A stretch of DNA of 64,000 bases from Botryllus schlosseri. Taxonomy: Eukaryota. Shown here piece by piece: positions 27,575-40,270 of the stretch; within the stretch, counting starts at the first letter, position 1; every line of letters begins with the position of its first letter. The stretch is from the NCBI GenBank assembly GCA_051294905.1, contig CM119373.1, forward strand, positions 124,001-188,000. Direction: 5' to 3'. The position numbers and the translations under genes were made by a program. The notes below the pieces were generated by a model. It did not search any database, had not been told where the DNA came from, and was given only the letters and a program-made list of their open reading frames with translations.

Positions 27575-27602
27575 TCATTTCAATATGAATATACTATTTA
27601 AT

Positions 27603-29259
27603 AGTAAAGTAATAGGTCGCCAATTTTTCAATTCTGTGGGTTGGCCTTTTTTGTAAATTATCGTCGTTATTCCCGTTTTCCAAGTGCTACATAATCCACC
27701 GAAAAGGTAAGCATTGGTAATTACCTCACATGAATCATGTTTTATCATATTCCAGTATTGCAGGTAGAATTCCTTAGATAGTCCGTCAGACCCTAGCGAC
27801 TTGTCATTGTCCATTTGGTTGAGGATGTTTTTAATCTCGTTTTCGTCGACCTGACATTCTAGCTGTTTTTTTTCTCCCTCTGTGATTTCTAGTCCTTCTA
27901 CTTCTTTCAGGTAGTCTTTCTGGACATGAGTCTGTGCCTGGTGTGATTTGGCCCACAGTTTAGTGTAGAAGTTTTCGACTGCTTCTAACGTTTCAGCTTT
28001 GTTCTTGGTTGCAGTTCCAGAAGGTGCTATCACACTGGTTAGCGCAACCTTCTCTTTCCTCTGTTTTAGCTTCTGATAGAAGTACCTAGTTGGCTTTTCG
28101 TTCTCTTCTATGTCTCTGATTTTGTGGAGTTTACATTGGCGTGTGAATTTTTCTTGCTCACTGCTTTTGAGCTCTTTAGCTAGCTCGTATATGTCTCCTT
28201 TTGTATCATCTTTATTCTGGAGTTCTACGATTTGTTTTTGTGAGACTCGATTCTTTGTCCTTCGGCTGCTTTTTTCTTGTAGCCGTATCTCTGTAGCCGA
28301 AGTCCCAGTATTGATACACGTCATCGAAGAGGTGTTTTTGCTCGGTGCATCTCTTGTGCATTTTTTTCGAGTTCTGTTGTTAGTTCTGCTTCTATGAAGA
28401 GTCTGGAGTCGCTTTTCCAGTATCCGTATCCCCATCTTATATGCTCTGGCTTCTTCAGTTTGATCGTGGTTAGGAAGATGTGATCGGATATTGGGTTCAT
28501 TTTATACATGCAGGTTTGGACTCTTGATAGAAGGTCTTCAGACGCGTATATTTTGTCTACCCGTCTAGACTGTCTCGTCTTGATTACGCTGTATAATCTT
28601 CTGTGTGGATTACGCCAGCGCCAGACGTATCGGATTTTGTGTATTCCGGTGAGGTCTTTCCAAACTTTTGCAGCTGGTGTAATTTTGAAATTTTCGTTGT
28701 TTTTGGCGTTGATTGGGTATTCTACGATGTTAAAATCTCGGCATACGGCGGTGTTGTTTGGGTCTATAGCTACTTCTGTCGCAAGGAGCTTAAAAAAATC
28801 CATTTGGACCTTTCCCACATCTGAAGGACCGTATACATTCCATACTTTTATGGCTTGTTCTGTTTCTTTGTCCTTGATTATCATCTGTTGCAGTCTGTCA
28901 TCTTTGATAATTCTGTTTTCTATGGTGTGTCGTTGTTCGACACTATTTTTACAAGCACTCCTGTGCCTCTAAAGTATAATTTTTTGTTGCTTTCCTGGTC
29001 TGTCCAGACTGTGTTTATGTCTATATGGTTTGCGTAGTATTTTAACTGGTTTTGGTGGGCCGATCTGTCGACTGGTTTTGGTGGGCCCATCTGTCGACTG
29101 GTTTTGGTGGGCTCATCTGTCGATCTTTTTTTTATTAGTCCCATGGGTTTCCTGGATGCAGATTATGTCCCAGTCTTTTTCTAGTCTAAAAAAATTCTTG
29201 AAATTATGCCAATGGGCTTGTAGGCCGTTTACGTTAAGGGAAAGTATTTTCAGATCCAT
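27603..29259 (-). pseudogene. LINE ORF2 (APE endonuclease plus start of RT), frameshifted and truncated
   Basis: MDLKILSLNVNGL...DIICIQETH, VWNVYGP, DFN, SRRVDKIY, SDH, ENEKPTRYFY, KSLGSDGL, KNWRPITLL spread over several frames. Confidence 0.88.
29046..29123 (+). repeat. 3 x 26-bp tandem repeat inside LINE ORF2
   Basis: ctggttttggtgggc(cg/cc/tc)atctgtcga x3. Confidence 0.9.
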
Positions 29260-29299
29260 TTGGTCGGGTAAAGTGGGATGATGGATCGTCCGTTACATG

Positions 29300-30611
29300 C
29301 TACACTTCAGCTTTTTTCGGTGAAGGAAGTTTTCTCCTGTTCTTATTTCGTGTGTTAATACTTGGTGGGCTTCTCTCATCACGGCTTCTTTTGATGGGCG
29401 AGCACGTTAGGTGGACCAGCTCCTTGGCTGTTATAATGGAGGAGGGTTCAAATATCTGCCGTAATCTCCCGGTATTTTTGGCTACTGGTTTCCCAGGCGT
29501 TTTAGCTGGCGAGTCTTTCTCCATTACGAGGTCTTCTTCAACATCAGTTTGTTCTGCCTCACTTTCTGAGATTGTGTTTGGATCGGAATCGTTCATTCCT
29601 GTGTTGTTGTTGTTTTTGTGTTAGTTGTTCCTCTCATTTCTGCATTTGCTTCTTCTTGTGTGAGCTGTCCCTCTTCTGTTTGTTTTTCTATTTCCTCGTT
29701 CTCGTCGGTTATTTTCTCGACCTGATTTATCTGAGGCGTTTGATTCGGAATCTGTTTTGTTCCGCTTCCAAGTTGTTGTTGTTGTTCCTCTGCAGACAAT
29801 TGATTGATACTTTCTGGCGTGATGGTCAATTCTCCCGATCTCACTTCATTTTCCTCTGGTTGAGTTTCTACTGTGCTATATTTTACCTCCGTTTGGTTAT
29901 TTTGGGGACACTGGTCTCTAACGTGTCCGTATTGCTTGCAGATGTAGCAAGCCGTTTGGTTAGCGCAGTTTCTAGCTGCGTGCCCTTCTTTTTGGCATTT
30001 AAAGCATTGGGCTTGGTCTTCTCCCGGCGGGAAGAAGACCTTGCATGGAGCTTTCCCCAGATAGACAAAGGGTGGAATTTGTCCCGGTACGTAGTTTTCG
30101 ATGTCTATTTGCCTGTAGCCATTGTGGATAGTAGTTCCAGCATGATTGATCATTCTAACTTCTTTTATTGTACCACAGTTGTATTGTTTAATCTTTTGGA
30201 TTACTTCATCTTGCTCTACTTCCGTCGGTACTGCTCTTATGTTAATCCTGGCTACAGGCATTTTTGGTTTGTCAATGCACATTCTTCCATTTTCAAGAGG
30301 GATTCCTCCTTCTGCGATTTTCAGGAATGCTTCTCTGATTATGTCGATAGGCGAGCCATTATAAGGCGTTAAGTTATATGGTAGATCGAGAAAATATCTT
30401 TGTGTAGCTTCATCTCTGGGTGCGTAATGATTGCGTCGATAACATCAGTTTTTATCGTGTTGTTGGGTACAAGAATGTCAAGTGATCTAGGTCGCAAGCC
30501 ATAGGTTATTCGTTCCGGTCGTGCGTTAATTTTCTGTGTTGGTACATTTGTTGATGCAAACGTGTTTGCAATGGCCTGTGCATAGGCCAGTGTAGTTCCG
30601 TGTTGTTTCAC
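29300..30611 (-). pseudogene. LINE ORF1 (gag-like nucleic-acid chaperone), frameshifted
   Basis: two CX2CX4HX4C knuckles (CFKCQKEGHAARNC, CYICKQYGHVRDQC) in 29593-30282; flanking pieces 30369-30611 and 29300-29596 are in other frames. Confidence 0.85.
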
Positions 30612-31014
30612 GGCGTTATTTGAATGTGTACACTGTACTGTACATGCCCGCAGGTTTTTGATTTGAGCGCAGATGTACGCCGAAGGACAGCTCAGAGGCG
30701 GTCAAAAGACGCGTTTCTAAAGACGATACTGTAGTATCCCAAAGCTGTCTATAGCAGAGTTGGATCAATTGTAATTTGTAATTGTAATGTAATTGTAATT
30801 GAAGCATTTTTATTTCATTGTAATTTGACTTTTGCTCAATTACAATTTCAATTACATTAAATTGCTATTGAGACCTGACAAGCACAACATAAAATAGTTG
30901 ACTTATAATGCATTCTCTTTAAATGTCGACATGGAATTTGGTGGATCCATTCGCGGAAGCCCTTGACTGCGCCCTTGCGGGCGAAGTTTTTTTTTACCGC
31001 TATGCTGGCCTCGG

Positions 31015-31600
31015 CTACCATTGTATACAATTTTTAGATTACTAACCAACGGATGGATTCGCAAAACGTGACTCACGATTGAATACGCCGAGAAGCGAAC
31101 TGCTGAGCCGGCTAAAAGCACCAGAATTGATATTCCCATAGCTGTCGATCCAAGCGTCGAAATTTGATATGTATGGGCCTAATCGAAAGCTAGTGTCGCA
31201 CTGACTCCGCAATAAAAGTATATTTCCGGGCAATGGTACCATCCCAAAATAATCGTGAAAGTCTGGGAATCGGCATTGTTCTGAACAATCGCTGGGCGTA
31301 ATTGGTAATTGTTGTGGTCATGCTGCTGCAGCGTTCTCACTTTTCAGAACAGTCGGCCTTAAACGGCTATTTTTGAGCAGTTACATTGCCCTGACGAGAT
31401 TTTATTTTGTATTTTCGGAATTAGTACATCAATAGCTTACGATAAAGACCAGATGCATCAAATTTGGACGCATGGATCGCCAGCTCTAGGACTACAATGT
31501 TTGCTGCTTTTAGCCGGCACTGCAGTACGTTTGTCGGTGCATTCATCCGTGACTCACATCTTCCGCATCTATCCGTGGTTTGGCAATCTACAATACGATT
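31015..31600. repeat. old diverged inverted repeat (~150-bp arms, 31015-31170/31455-31600), probably a long-TIR MITE
   Basis: gccggctaaaagca vs tgcttttagccggc; gatccaagcgtcgaaatttgat vs atcaaatttggacgcatggatc. Confidence 0.65.
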
Positions 31601-31819
31601 TCATATCACGATGCTGCATCGTTATTTCGTCTGGCTAACTAACCAGACCACTGGATATTATATAACGTCTTATCTGACAAAGCACGGATTTGTTTTTACT
31701 CCTCATCCTAATTCCTACGTCCCTCGATAAAAATAACATTATTTCTTTATTTATATATTTTGTGTTACGATTGTTGATATACGCTGTTCTTTCGAATTCT
31801 CTACTAGTTGCTGACGATT

Positions 31820-31853
31820 ACCCCTGACGAGTGTCAGCCGAAAATATTCGGGT
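31820..31853 (+). ncRNA. minimal type-I hammerhead ribozyme in a solo Penelope terminal fragment (~31755-31882)
   Basis: identical to 27541-27574; no GIY-YIG sequence attached. Confidence 0.78.
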
Positions 31854-31949
31854 TCATTTTAATATGAATATGCTATTTAATTATATACTATATACGCAAA
31901 TCCAACACGTGCATATATTATAATACTTTTTCACCGACATACTGCGCAC

Positions 31950-32878
31950 TAGGGATGGTGCGAACCTCTGAAAGGTTCAGGTTCGTGTGAACGCGAACCT
32001 CTTTGAAAGGTTCTGTGTGAACACGAACGTGAACCTCATGACGTCACGTGTCGTCATATTGTTAATTCCAATCCTATCTTTCAGTGAAGTGATAGCCTAT
32101 ATCGTACAGTGTACAGCTGTACACAATACCTAGCGAAGACTCGGGCCACATAATGCCACAATGCTAAGGTACATATTGGCGTTTTAAACATCGCTAAATG
32201 TATCAACTGAGGCAATCAAGTGATATAATAATCCCATAAAATCAATATTTTCCGTCGTCTAGCCAACAATTTCGACGACGACTTACCAGGGAATAAAAGC
32301 TTACACCTTAACGGTCTAGCCCAGACCGGACAATGGAATAGGCGTCTGAGTATTGCTACATTGATATGGAGCAGAGTGTAAAACAGGTTTCTATATACAT
32401 CAGTAGCCAACACCTCAACCGTACGGATTTCGATGTAATGATACAGTGAACCTATGCAGTCAAGATTGACCCTGAACTCCTGCTAGATTTTTTACATCAG
32501 TAAACGATATTAATCTCATTGATTGGTGGAGTAAGCATCATTGCTGACTACACATTTAGCTCGTGATGTTGTGTGATTACGGGTCAAGCTCCCAGCAGAG
32601 AGTCACTAAATGTTCACAAAGAGTAATAAAGCTGGATATTTCGAGCAAGCAATTTTAACAAAGCAAATAAAACTTTTGAGATTGTCAAGGTGCATGTTCG
32701 TTTACTGTTGATTTTTATACTGCCAGCGCCATGCATTGAGTGGCCCGCAGTTGAAATGCAATAAATTTGAACGAAAAATGTCATAATGAAGTGAAAATTG
32801 TAATATACGCGAAAGGTTCACAGTGCAGAACCTACCACACAGAACGCGAACGTGAACCTCGCGTTCACACCATCCCTA
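31950..32878. mobile_element. non-autonomous hAT element (same family as 5264-7190)
   Basis: TIR tagggatggtgcgaac...gttcacaccatcccta; perfect TSD ctgcgcac. Confidence 0.92.
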
Positions 32879-33534
32879 CTGCGCACCCTATCCTCAATCC
32901 TAACCCATAGGAAATTAGGGAAATAACATTTTACATCGCCAATTACGTGTGCCATAATTACCGAGCTTAAAAACACGCTTATATTACGTCACAATGACAT
33001 ATTACATAGCATACTATGTACGCACATAAACGCATTTATTACTACACAATCTGAACTAGACTTGAATTGTTGTTAAATACGACTCTACGGTTGTCAAGGA
33101 CCACGGTTGAATTTATGATTATTCAATTACATGTTCAACAGCAGCAATTGTAATTGTAATTGTAATGTAATTGAAGCATGCAAGGAGTAATTGTAATTTG
33201 ATATTTTTAGCATGGAGTAATTGTAATGTAATTGAAATATTCATGAAAGTAATTGTAAATGTAATTGAACTGAAATAATGTAATTGATCCAACTCTGGTC
33301 TATAGTGGTTGGTTTACAGCACTTCTGTTGCTGTTTTGAAGTCGTTGTAGGTCTGGGAACACAGATGCAATCTCGCCTAAAAGTCGCGTTTGGGGATGCG
33401 ATACTTTATATCAAGAGGCTGTCTAGAAAGGTGTCTGGCGAAATTTGTGAGAGGCTGGGAGTGAAACTAAAGTCTCCGTCTGAGAGAGGATTCTGAAAGT
33501 CGAGAAGATGAAGGCTGCTAACGACACTCTAGAG

Positions 33535-34830
33535 CAGTGGTTCCCAACGTGGGCGATTTGTCGGTTCAGGGGGGCGAAAATAGCCAAGGGGGCGATATGG
33601 GGGCGAAAACGGACGAAGGGGGCGATAGGGGGCGATGGCGAGTTGAAATAGCCATATTGGCTTCCATAACCGTAACTGCCACACCAAAAACCCCAATTGG
33701 GACGGAAGGCCCGAGCTCGACTGGTGCCCACAATTTTTCCGTGAATTAACATTAATTATAGAGTATTATTTTGGAAATTTAGGCAACTTTTTCAAAATAT
33801 TTTCGCGCTGCGCGCCATTTCGTGGTCGCATGTTTCTTGCTTATTGGATACCCTTCCTCCAAGAAATAATACGCATGAGTTATAGAAATGGGCATCTCGG
33901 CGTCAACCATTATCACACCATGACGCACCAAGACGTATGAAGTTTCAGGCCATGTAACATGCGACTCCGAGAAATGTGTCAGAACGAGAAAACCTTGGCG
34001 GGAAAGGACTGCCTTTCTGCTGACCGACTTCGATATATATACGATCATACATATTTAATTGTCCATAGCCGCCTAAATGGGTGGCGCCAAATGTTCCTGT
34101 CCTGGCAATCAGAACCCCAGAAAAAATGCCATCTCGCAGAGAATAATTAATTGCCAGTGCAGAATTACCAATTTAAAATCGTGTGCGTTTTTTAGTTTAG
34201 TACGTATGGGCGATTTGAATATCTTTTGACATAGCAGACAGGCCACGACATCTCATTAGGTAACGAAGTCATTATACCCACGGGCTCGCCCGAATATGTT
34301 CAATTATTATTTACGGCCCTACATTTTCCAGGACACCTCACTCAGCTTTACCGGTAAATCTGAACATATGAGCACAGAGAGGATAAAAAATTGACAACAA
34401 TATATGCAATTCCCGAATCCGCGAATTACGCCGACTTACTGAAGAGTCCAACAATTTGTGCTGAGAAGTAGCGGTAAAGAGGTATCGGTAGAGTTTAGTC
34501 TAAGGGTGCAGAAGTTTGCTTTATCGCCCTATGGAAGGGGGGAGCAAGACCAAAGTATTGGGGGGGGCTGACGAAGTGCTGTTACGTTCCTTTGGGAATC
34601 AAGTCGGAGAAATCACCTTTTCTGTTAGTCAAATCACCAAAATTTATCTGGAAACAAATTTATCTGGAAAAAGTGTAATTTCGAGGTCGAGCCGAAAATT
34701 TGACCTTTTTTTCTTAGTCAACTCGCCGGTGATTTCAGTCTGTATGCCCGTTTTTCGGTTCCCAATATTTGGGGGGCGATGATCGGTGTGGAGTCTGAAA
34801 AGGGGGCGATGAGTCGAAATAGGTTGGGAA
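33535..34830. mobile_element. non-autonomous hAT element (family of 5587-6547), right TIR clipped
   Basis: starts cagtggttcccaacgtgggcg after ctctagag; ends aggttgggaa without the final ccactg or a TSD. Confidence 0.85.
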
Positions 34831-34915
34831 ATAGGGAGGGAGAGGACTCGAAATCCAGTGAGAAAGAGAGGCAGTGAGAAATTGAGGTAGAATAGAGGAA
34901 GCAGCTACTTAGCCT

Positions 34916-35021
34916 AGGCAAATAAGCTCTTTCGTGTTAGTGACTGCTTGCTGAGTCGTATCTTCGCCGGCGAAGATACGACTCAGCAAGCAGTCACTAA
35001 CACGAAAGAGCTTATTTGCCT
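34916..35021. repeat. perfect 106-bp palindrome (53-bp arms, no loop)
   Basis: aggcaaataagc...tcttcgcc|ggcgaaga...gcttatttgcct checked base by base. Confidence 0.97.
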
Positions 35022-37671
35022 TGCGCGTAGGTTATAGTAGTTAAGTATAAGACTATTTACGGTAGCTAGCAAAGGCAAGACACGAACCTCAATACAACCA
35101 AATACTCTCTCTCGTAACTACTACCAATTCGATGCGAAACGATGTTCACCAAATTTGGTTCAATTCCAACCAGACGCTACTGGCAATACGTTGATTGTCA
35201 TGTCGTTCTCCACTCGAATTAAACGCAACACTGCGGTCGGATGCTTGAAATGTCGCCTATGAACATTAGGGCTCTTCAAAAATGACTTTTTTTCTCAAAT
35301 CGTACTGGCTACTAGATAAAATTGCTAGGTTACCTAATTTAAGCCTACACACAAAATTTGGTTTAATTCAAGCCAGTAACCGCTTTGCTACAGGAGAAGT
35401 AAGTTTCAATTTATTATATAAAAATTTCCGTTGTGGGTTATACAATATGGGTTGCTTTGTTCAGAGTAGCCTAAATGCAATTTAATGTTAATAACTCGGT
35501 GCAATATTCACTCAATTTTAGCGAAATAAATCCACTGTTAGCACATGTCTAAACCACATTCTCAGTTGATTTTCTAGTCGTACAAAGCAATGAAAAAGAA
35601 ACCAATACTATTAAATTCCCCATCTCAACATTGTCAGAGGTGTAGACGCCATGTGTAGACTATACATTGTTCGAACCAGACGGTATATGAACCCGAGCGC
35701 ACACCAGATGGTTGTTGTTACAATAACTTTAATTTGATCATTAATATTGTACATAAAACGAATATAACGTTTATTAGTCGGGTGGTCATTGGGATCGATT
35801 CAAGCGTGAAATATTTCCAATAGTAAAATCCACACCAGAAAAGACCGATCGGACTTCGACCTTATCCCATACTTTTAGTACAATCTTTAAAGTATGTGGG
35901 GGGCGCCGGGTTCTTGAAATTTATTAAAGGGGCGCTGGAAGAAAAAGGTTAAGAACCACTTTCCTACATGTTTCATATTCTGCGATTCAACCAATCGAGG
36001 TTTCAAGGCCTCACAGTGGTATATAGAATCGAAATTCTAATTCTCTGTAAAGTATTATATAGTTTCGAGTACTGAAAATATGTAATACTCTACCGAGAAT
36101 TAGAAGTTCGATTCTATATTCGTACTCAAAACTTAGATCTTTCTTCACTTGCTCGACTCGAATCATCTGAATTAATACTCAATTCAGATTCAAGTACTCG
36201 AATCATTGTGGCCAGCCCTAGGTATTGTAGGAGGTTACTTCCAAACAAATATGGTCAGTAGGGTTGCTCAGATTTGGGCATTTTTTGGAATCTTGTTTTG
36301 TGTAATTGCAAATGATAGTTTAGTGCATAAAAACACTTCTAAAAGCGATTTTGGTCATTTTCATCGCGATCTTCCTTGCGCGCAAAGCCCCCAAACACCC
36401 ACGGGCCAATTTTCCTTACTACCGACGATTCACCATTCCTGGTTTGTAGCTTTGGTGAAGTTTGCGGTAGAAAACGGCTGAGTAGAACTGGGAAATATCA
36501 GGCTGAATTATCTTTTTGACGATTGAACATATAATTACATTCCTATGCATTCCAAATGTGTTTCACCTTCCCGTATTTGGCATAGGTAGCCGCGTGGTAG
36601 GCCTATGTATGAACGAATACAGGCATTTTCAGCTTGTTTCAACTCAGTAAATGTTAATCAAAGACATATTGTATATGAATGTAATTTCATCTTTATAGTA
36701 GCTCAAATTCACCTAATCCTCATCAGGTTTGCAGTATTTAATGTGTCTCAAGAAAAGTTGACCCTCCCCCCCCCTCCGAACACAAAAACTCAAGCAAGTA
36801 CTAGTAGTGAGGGTACCTGGATTATACGCCCCGCCCCTCAGGCTATTTAGAATGTAAACACTCTCATAATATAATTAACGTCGGACTATGGCCGGTCCAT
36901 GCTTCCGAGAAATAAATAACATTCATTATACGTTAGATGATACTTTCCTTAGATAATATAGTATGTGTATTTAGGACTAATATTCTAATATGTGTATTTA
37001 GGACTAATGCGACTACTTCGAAAACGCGTACTGATCTGTTTTTGGGAATATGAATTCTCGCTTATTCTTATGTGAATTTAGAACTTTGTATTTTCGCGGA
37101 TCAATAATTAATTAATGTTCATTTATAAACGCGTAACAGAAATCACGCAAAAGTCGATATTACTTTGTGATGATTTTGATGTTGTTCCATACCGATTGGG
37201 AAGATAGCACACTCAATTTCGTAACCAACTACATAATCCCTAGTTACGTAGTCAGACGCATAACGGCATTTACGCAAAATCGGTATTGCTTAGCGATAAT
37301 TTTGATCACTATGTTTTATCGCTCGCCGCCAGACTATTGCCGTTTGTATTTATGAACAAATTTCGAAAACTATGATGTCTACGCAAGACTATATTCGCAA
37401 GATATTCTATTATGTGTATTTAGGACTGTGTATTTTCGCGGATAGTATGAGCTCTCAGATAACACTCATCCACGTTGAACTATAGTCGTGGTTATTTGAT
37501 GATGTATTAAAATTCTACGCACATTTCGCGCGATCAACATAATATTAATACCTAGTAACGATTCAACTTCATGACATTTTCAGTATTAAACAGAAATATA
37601 GACCTAGAATACTAACTTTTATTCATTAACGTAGTAAAACGCATAACAGAATTCACGCAAAAGTCGATCGG

Positions 37672-38043
37672 TATTTGCAATAAAGCCTAAAAATTAGAGT
37701 CGCATCTTTTCGCAATTTATGCAGCTATTCGCGCAGACTTTGCCGCATTTGCTGTATCTGAAGTAGAATTTCAGCGTCGTTATTCGCTATAAGCCGGAAA
37801 ATGCACCTTCGCGCAATTTATATAGCCAAACGCATTAACTTTTCTGCATCTGAAGTAGAATTTCAGCGTCGTTATTTGTTATAAGCCGAGAAATGTACCT
37901 TCGCGCAATTTTTACAGGCAGTCTCACCCACTTTGCTGCGTCTGAAGTAGAATTTCAGCGTCGTTGTTTGCTATAAGCCGGGAAATTAGAGTCGCTGCTT
38001 CGCGCCATTTTACAGCCAGTCTCACACACTTTGCTGCATCTGA
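37672..38043 (+). repeat. minisatellite, ~4 x 92-98 bp (mirror copy ~50475-50845)
   Basis: tctgaagtagaatttcagcgtcgtt at 37757, 37849 and 37941. Confidence 0.85.
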
Positions 38044-39117
38044 GCTTCATACTAATACATGCATAATTTTTGCATGACGAGAATACGGGTAATACGGTCA
38101 ATAAACGCCGGAGGCGAGTCATTTAAACCTTGTTGCTAGATAATACCGCTTTCGACTACAACAAAGTTGCCCTGCAACAAAAAATAGAAGCCCTAATGAT
38201 CATGCAGTGGAAAGTTCAATTATACATCGAATTATTCGAATAGACTATCTACATTGTATAGGTATGAAGTGAAATAGAACGGAGTTTACGCAAAAGTTGC
38301 TATTGATCATAGACCAAGCTTGCTTTCAGAGCTGGAAACTAAATGCACATGAAAATTTAACTAGGTTTTCCCCACACGCATCAAATGTAGGCCTACTCAA
38401 GTGTTTATGAGGTGGCGAATAGTTCGAAGGTTGTTGGCATGCAAGGACGTCACATAGAATTGTGGAGTTTTCTGTAAACTATAATCCAGTGATCTATTTT
38501 CAATCACTATACTTTTAATAATCTAAAGTAAGTAGCCTACTTGAATGTCATTAAAGAAAGCAGATTTGTATGAAAACTCGTTAAATAGAAGTAAAAGTAG
38601 CCTAGAAACATGACTACTTACTGAAAAATCGTTACGTAGAAGTGGGGTTAGTCTACGAACATAACCACTTACTTACTTTGAAATCTCTACTTGTACTTGT
38701 ATTCGTACTTTACCTTTACACGTCGTTTTTGTATAATGGATACTAATTTTATTAAAAATTAAAAAGTGCGAAAAATTACATTTTATCCCGGAACGTAGCA
38801 AGAAAAATCATATAAATTTTGTAAAGTAGATGGAAAACTACACTATTCCGATGCAGTAAAGACTCTTACACTCTGGATTTTGTGCAGTATATACTAATTT
38901 TACATTGCGGAGTATTCCATAAACGTTAATCCAGTGATCCTCCTTCTATTTTCAATCACGATCCGCTTATTATTCTAGGCTTCGAACCCCACACCCAGTA
39001 CGTTTTATGGGGATTAATATTTTTAGATTAAATATAGCGTATCGAGACTTCGTGAAACTTACTTGGAAATAGTTATTTCTACCCTAATTTAATAGATTTC
39101 TCAGATATCGTAGCAAA

Positions 39118-39176
39118 GGAACTGGCTTGAGCGAGCGGTCAAGGCGTTGGACTTGAGTTTCAATGAACAAGTGTTA
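39118..39176 (+). pseudogene. tRNA-Leu-like 5' fragment
   Basis: gagcgagcggtcaaggcgttggacttgagtttcaatgaacaagtgtt resembles the D arm, anticodon arm and long variable arm of tRNA-Leu; no T arm. Confidence 0.55.
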
Positions 39177-39180
39177 TAAG

Positions 39181-40102
39181 TAGGGCCATTTTTATATGAC
39201 CTTAAAAAATCCATAATATGACTTTATTTTTCGGAAAATATGACTTTATATGACTTTATGTGAAAATCGTGTATTTTTACATGCGAGCAACGTCACTCAG
39301 GGAACTAAATAGTAAAACATACGCAACATAACGCATCCCTTTTTTATTTGAAGCCACTGTTGTAGTACAGTTTCATGTAGTGCAGAATGTTAGAGTCATT
39401 AAAGTTACGATTTGGACCTAAAATGACTTTAGTAAGGAAATTCAGCGCTCCACAGGCGCTGATGTGGGTTGACACTTCTGCAGTTTTTCATAAAGCGAAG
39501 GTGAAATGTCTCTTTTTTGTAGCTCCATAATTTTTTTTTTCACATCGTTTTTGTATAATTGCTTCTTAATGTAATTTTTGAGCTCAAGCGGATCTTTTCC
39601 GAAATCAAGGGCATTTACATCAGCGTGGGCGTGTACGCAGGCTATAACTTTCCATTACAACATCACATCAGGTTGACGGTGTATACGTAAGCTATAATTT
39701 TCCATTTTCAGTATTAAGTTTGAAATATTGTTACAGTTGAGGAAAATTGGCTGAATAGTCAACTTTGTATCTTTGACTGAATTTTTGACGCTCTTTACAA
39801 TAACTTCACCTTCCTACGTCTCGGCATAATATTGAGCAGCATTCGACCAGCTACCCCAACGAGTAACTGCCTTAGTTTCTTAGTGCTTGATTGCTTCGCC
39901 GCTTAAATTGGTACTTTTATTTAAACTATGCTAAAATATGACTTTATAACTTTTTATGACCTAACCAGCAAAATATGACTTTATATGACTTTATAACTTT
40001 CTTAATATAGCCCATAGGGATGCGGTTTTTGCGTTAAAATTGATTTCACGACTTACTGATGCATAGAAAAAAATATGACTTTAATGACTTTAAATGGCCC
40101 TA
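39181..40102. mobile_element. non-autonomous hAT element present only in the left arm
   Basis: TIR tagggccattt...aaatggcccta; perfect TSD gttataag; empty site cttataac at 49337-49344. Confidence 0.93.
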
Positions 40103-40270
40103 GTTATAAGTTACTCATGTTTACAACACAACCTAAACGCAAAGTGCACGAATTTCCATATTGATCAAATACCACAAACTTTGCTGGCTTTCAGAGTTAG
40201 TAACTAAGCGCGTAACAGAATTTACCTAAAAAAGTGAGTACTCCAAAATTTTTGTAAAGTATAGCTTTTT

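Larger units (their letters stand above)
25431..27602 (+). mobile_element. 5'-truncated Penelope-like element, inverted twin of 24578-25210, interrupted by a hAT MITE
   Basis: ORF pieces 25337-25657 and 27185-27439 reproduce the same GIY-YIG peptide; contiguous once 25604-27134 and one TSD are removed. Confidence 0.9.
27603..30746 (-). mobile_element. decayed, 3'-truncated L1-clade (Tx1-like) non-LTR retrotransposon
   Basis: ORF1 with CCHC knuckles followed by APE-endonuclease/RT ORF2; the 5' UTR probably continues beyond the insertions at 30755-33297 and 33535-34830. Confidence 0.88.
30755..33297. mobile_element. non-autonomous hAT element carrying nested insertions
   Basis: TIR cagagttggatcaatt...aattgatccaactctg; perfect TSD gtctatag; (gtaatt)n subterminal repeats. 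Confidence 0.9.

Noticed and set aside
29572..30372. 266-aa plus-strand ORF
   Set aside because: Antisense shadow of LINE ORF1; low-complexity F/L/C composition
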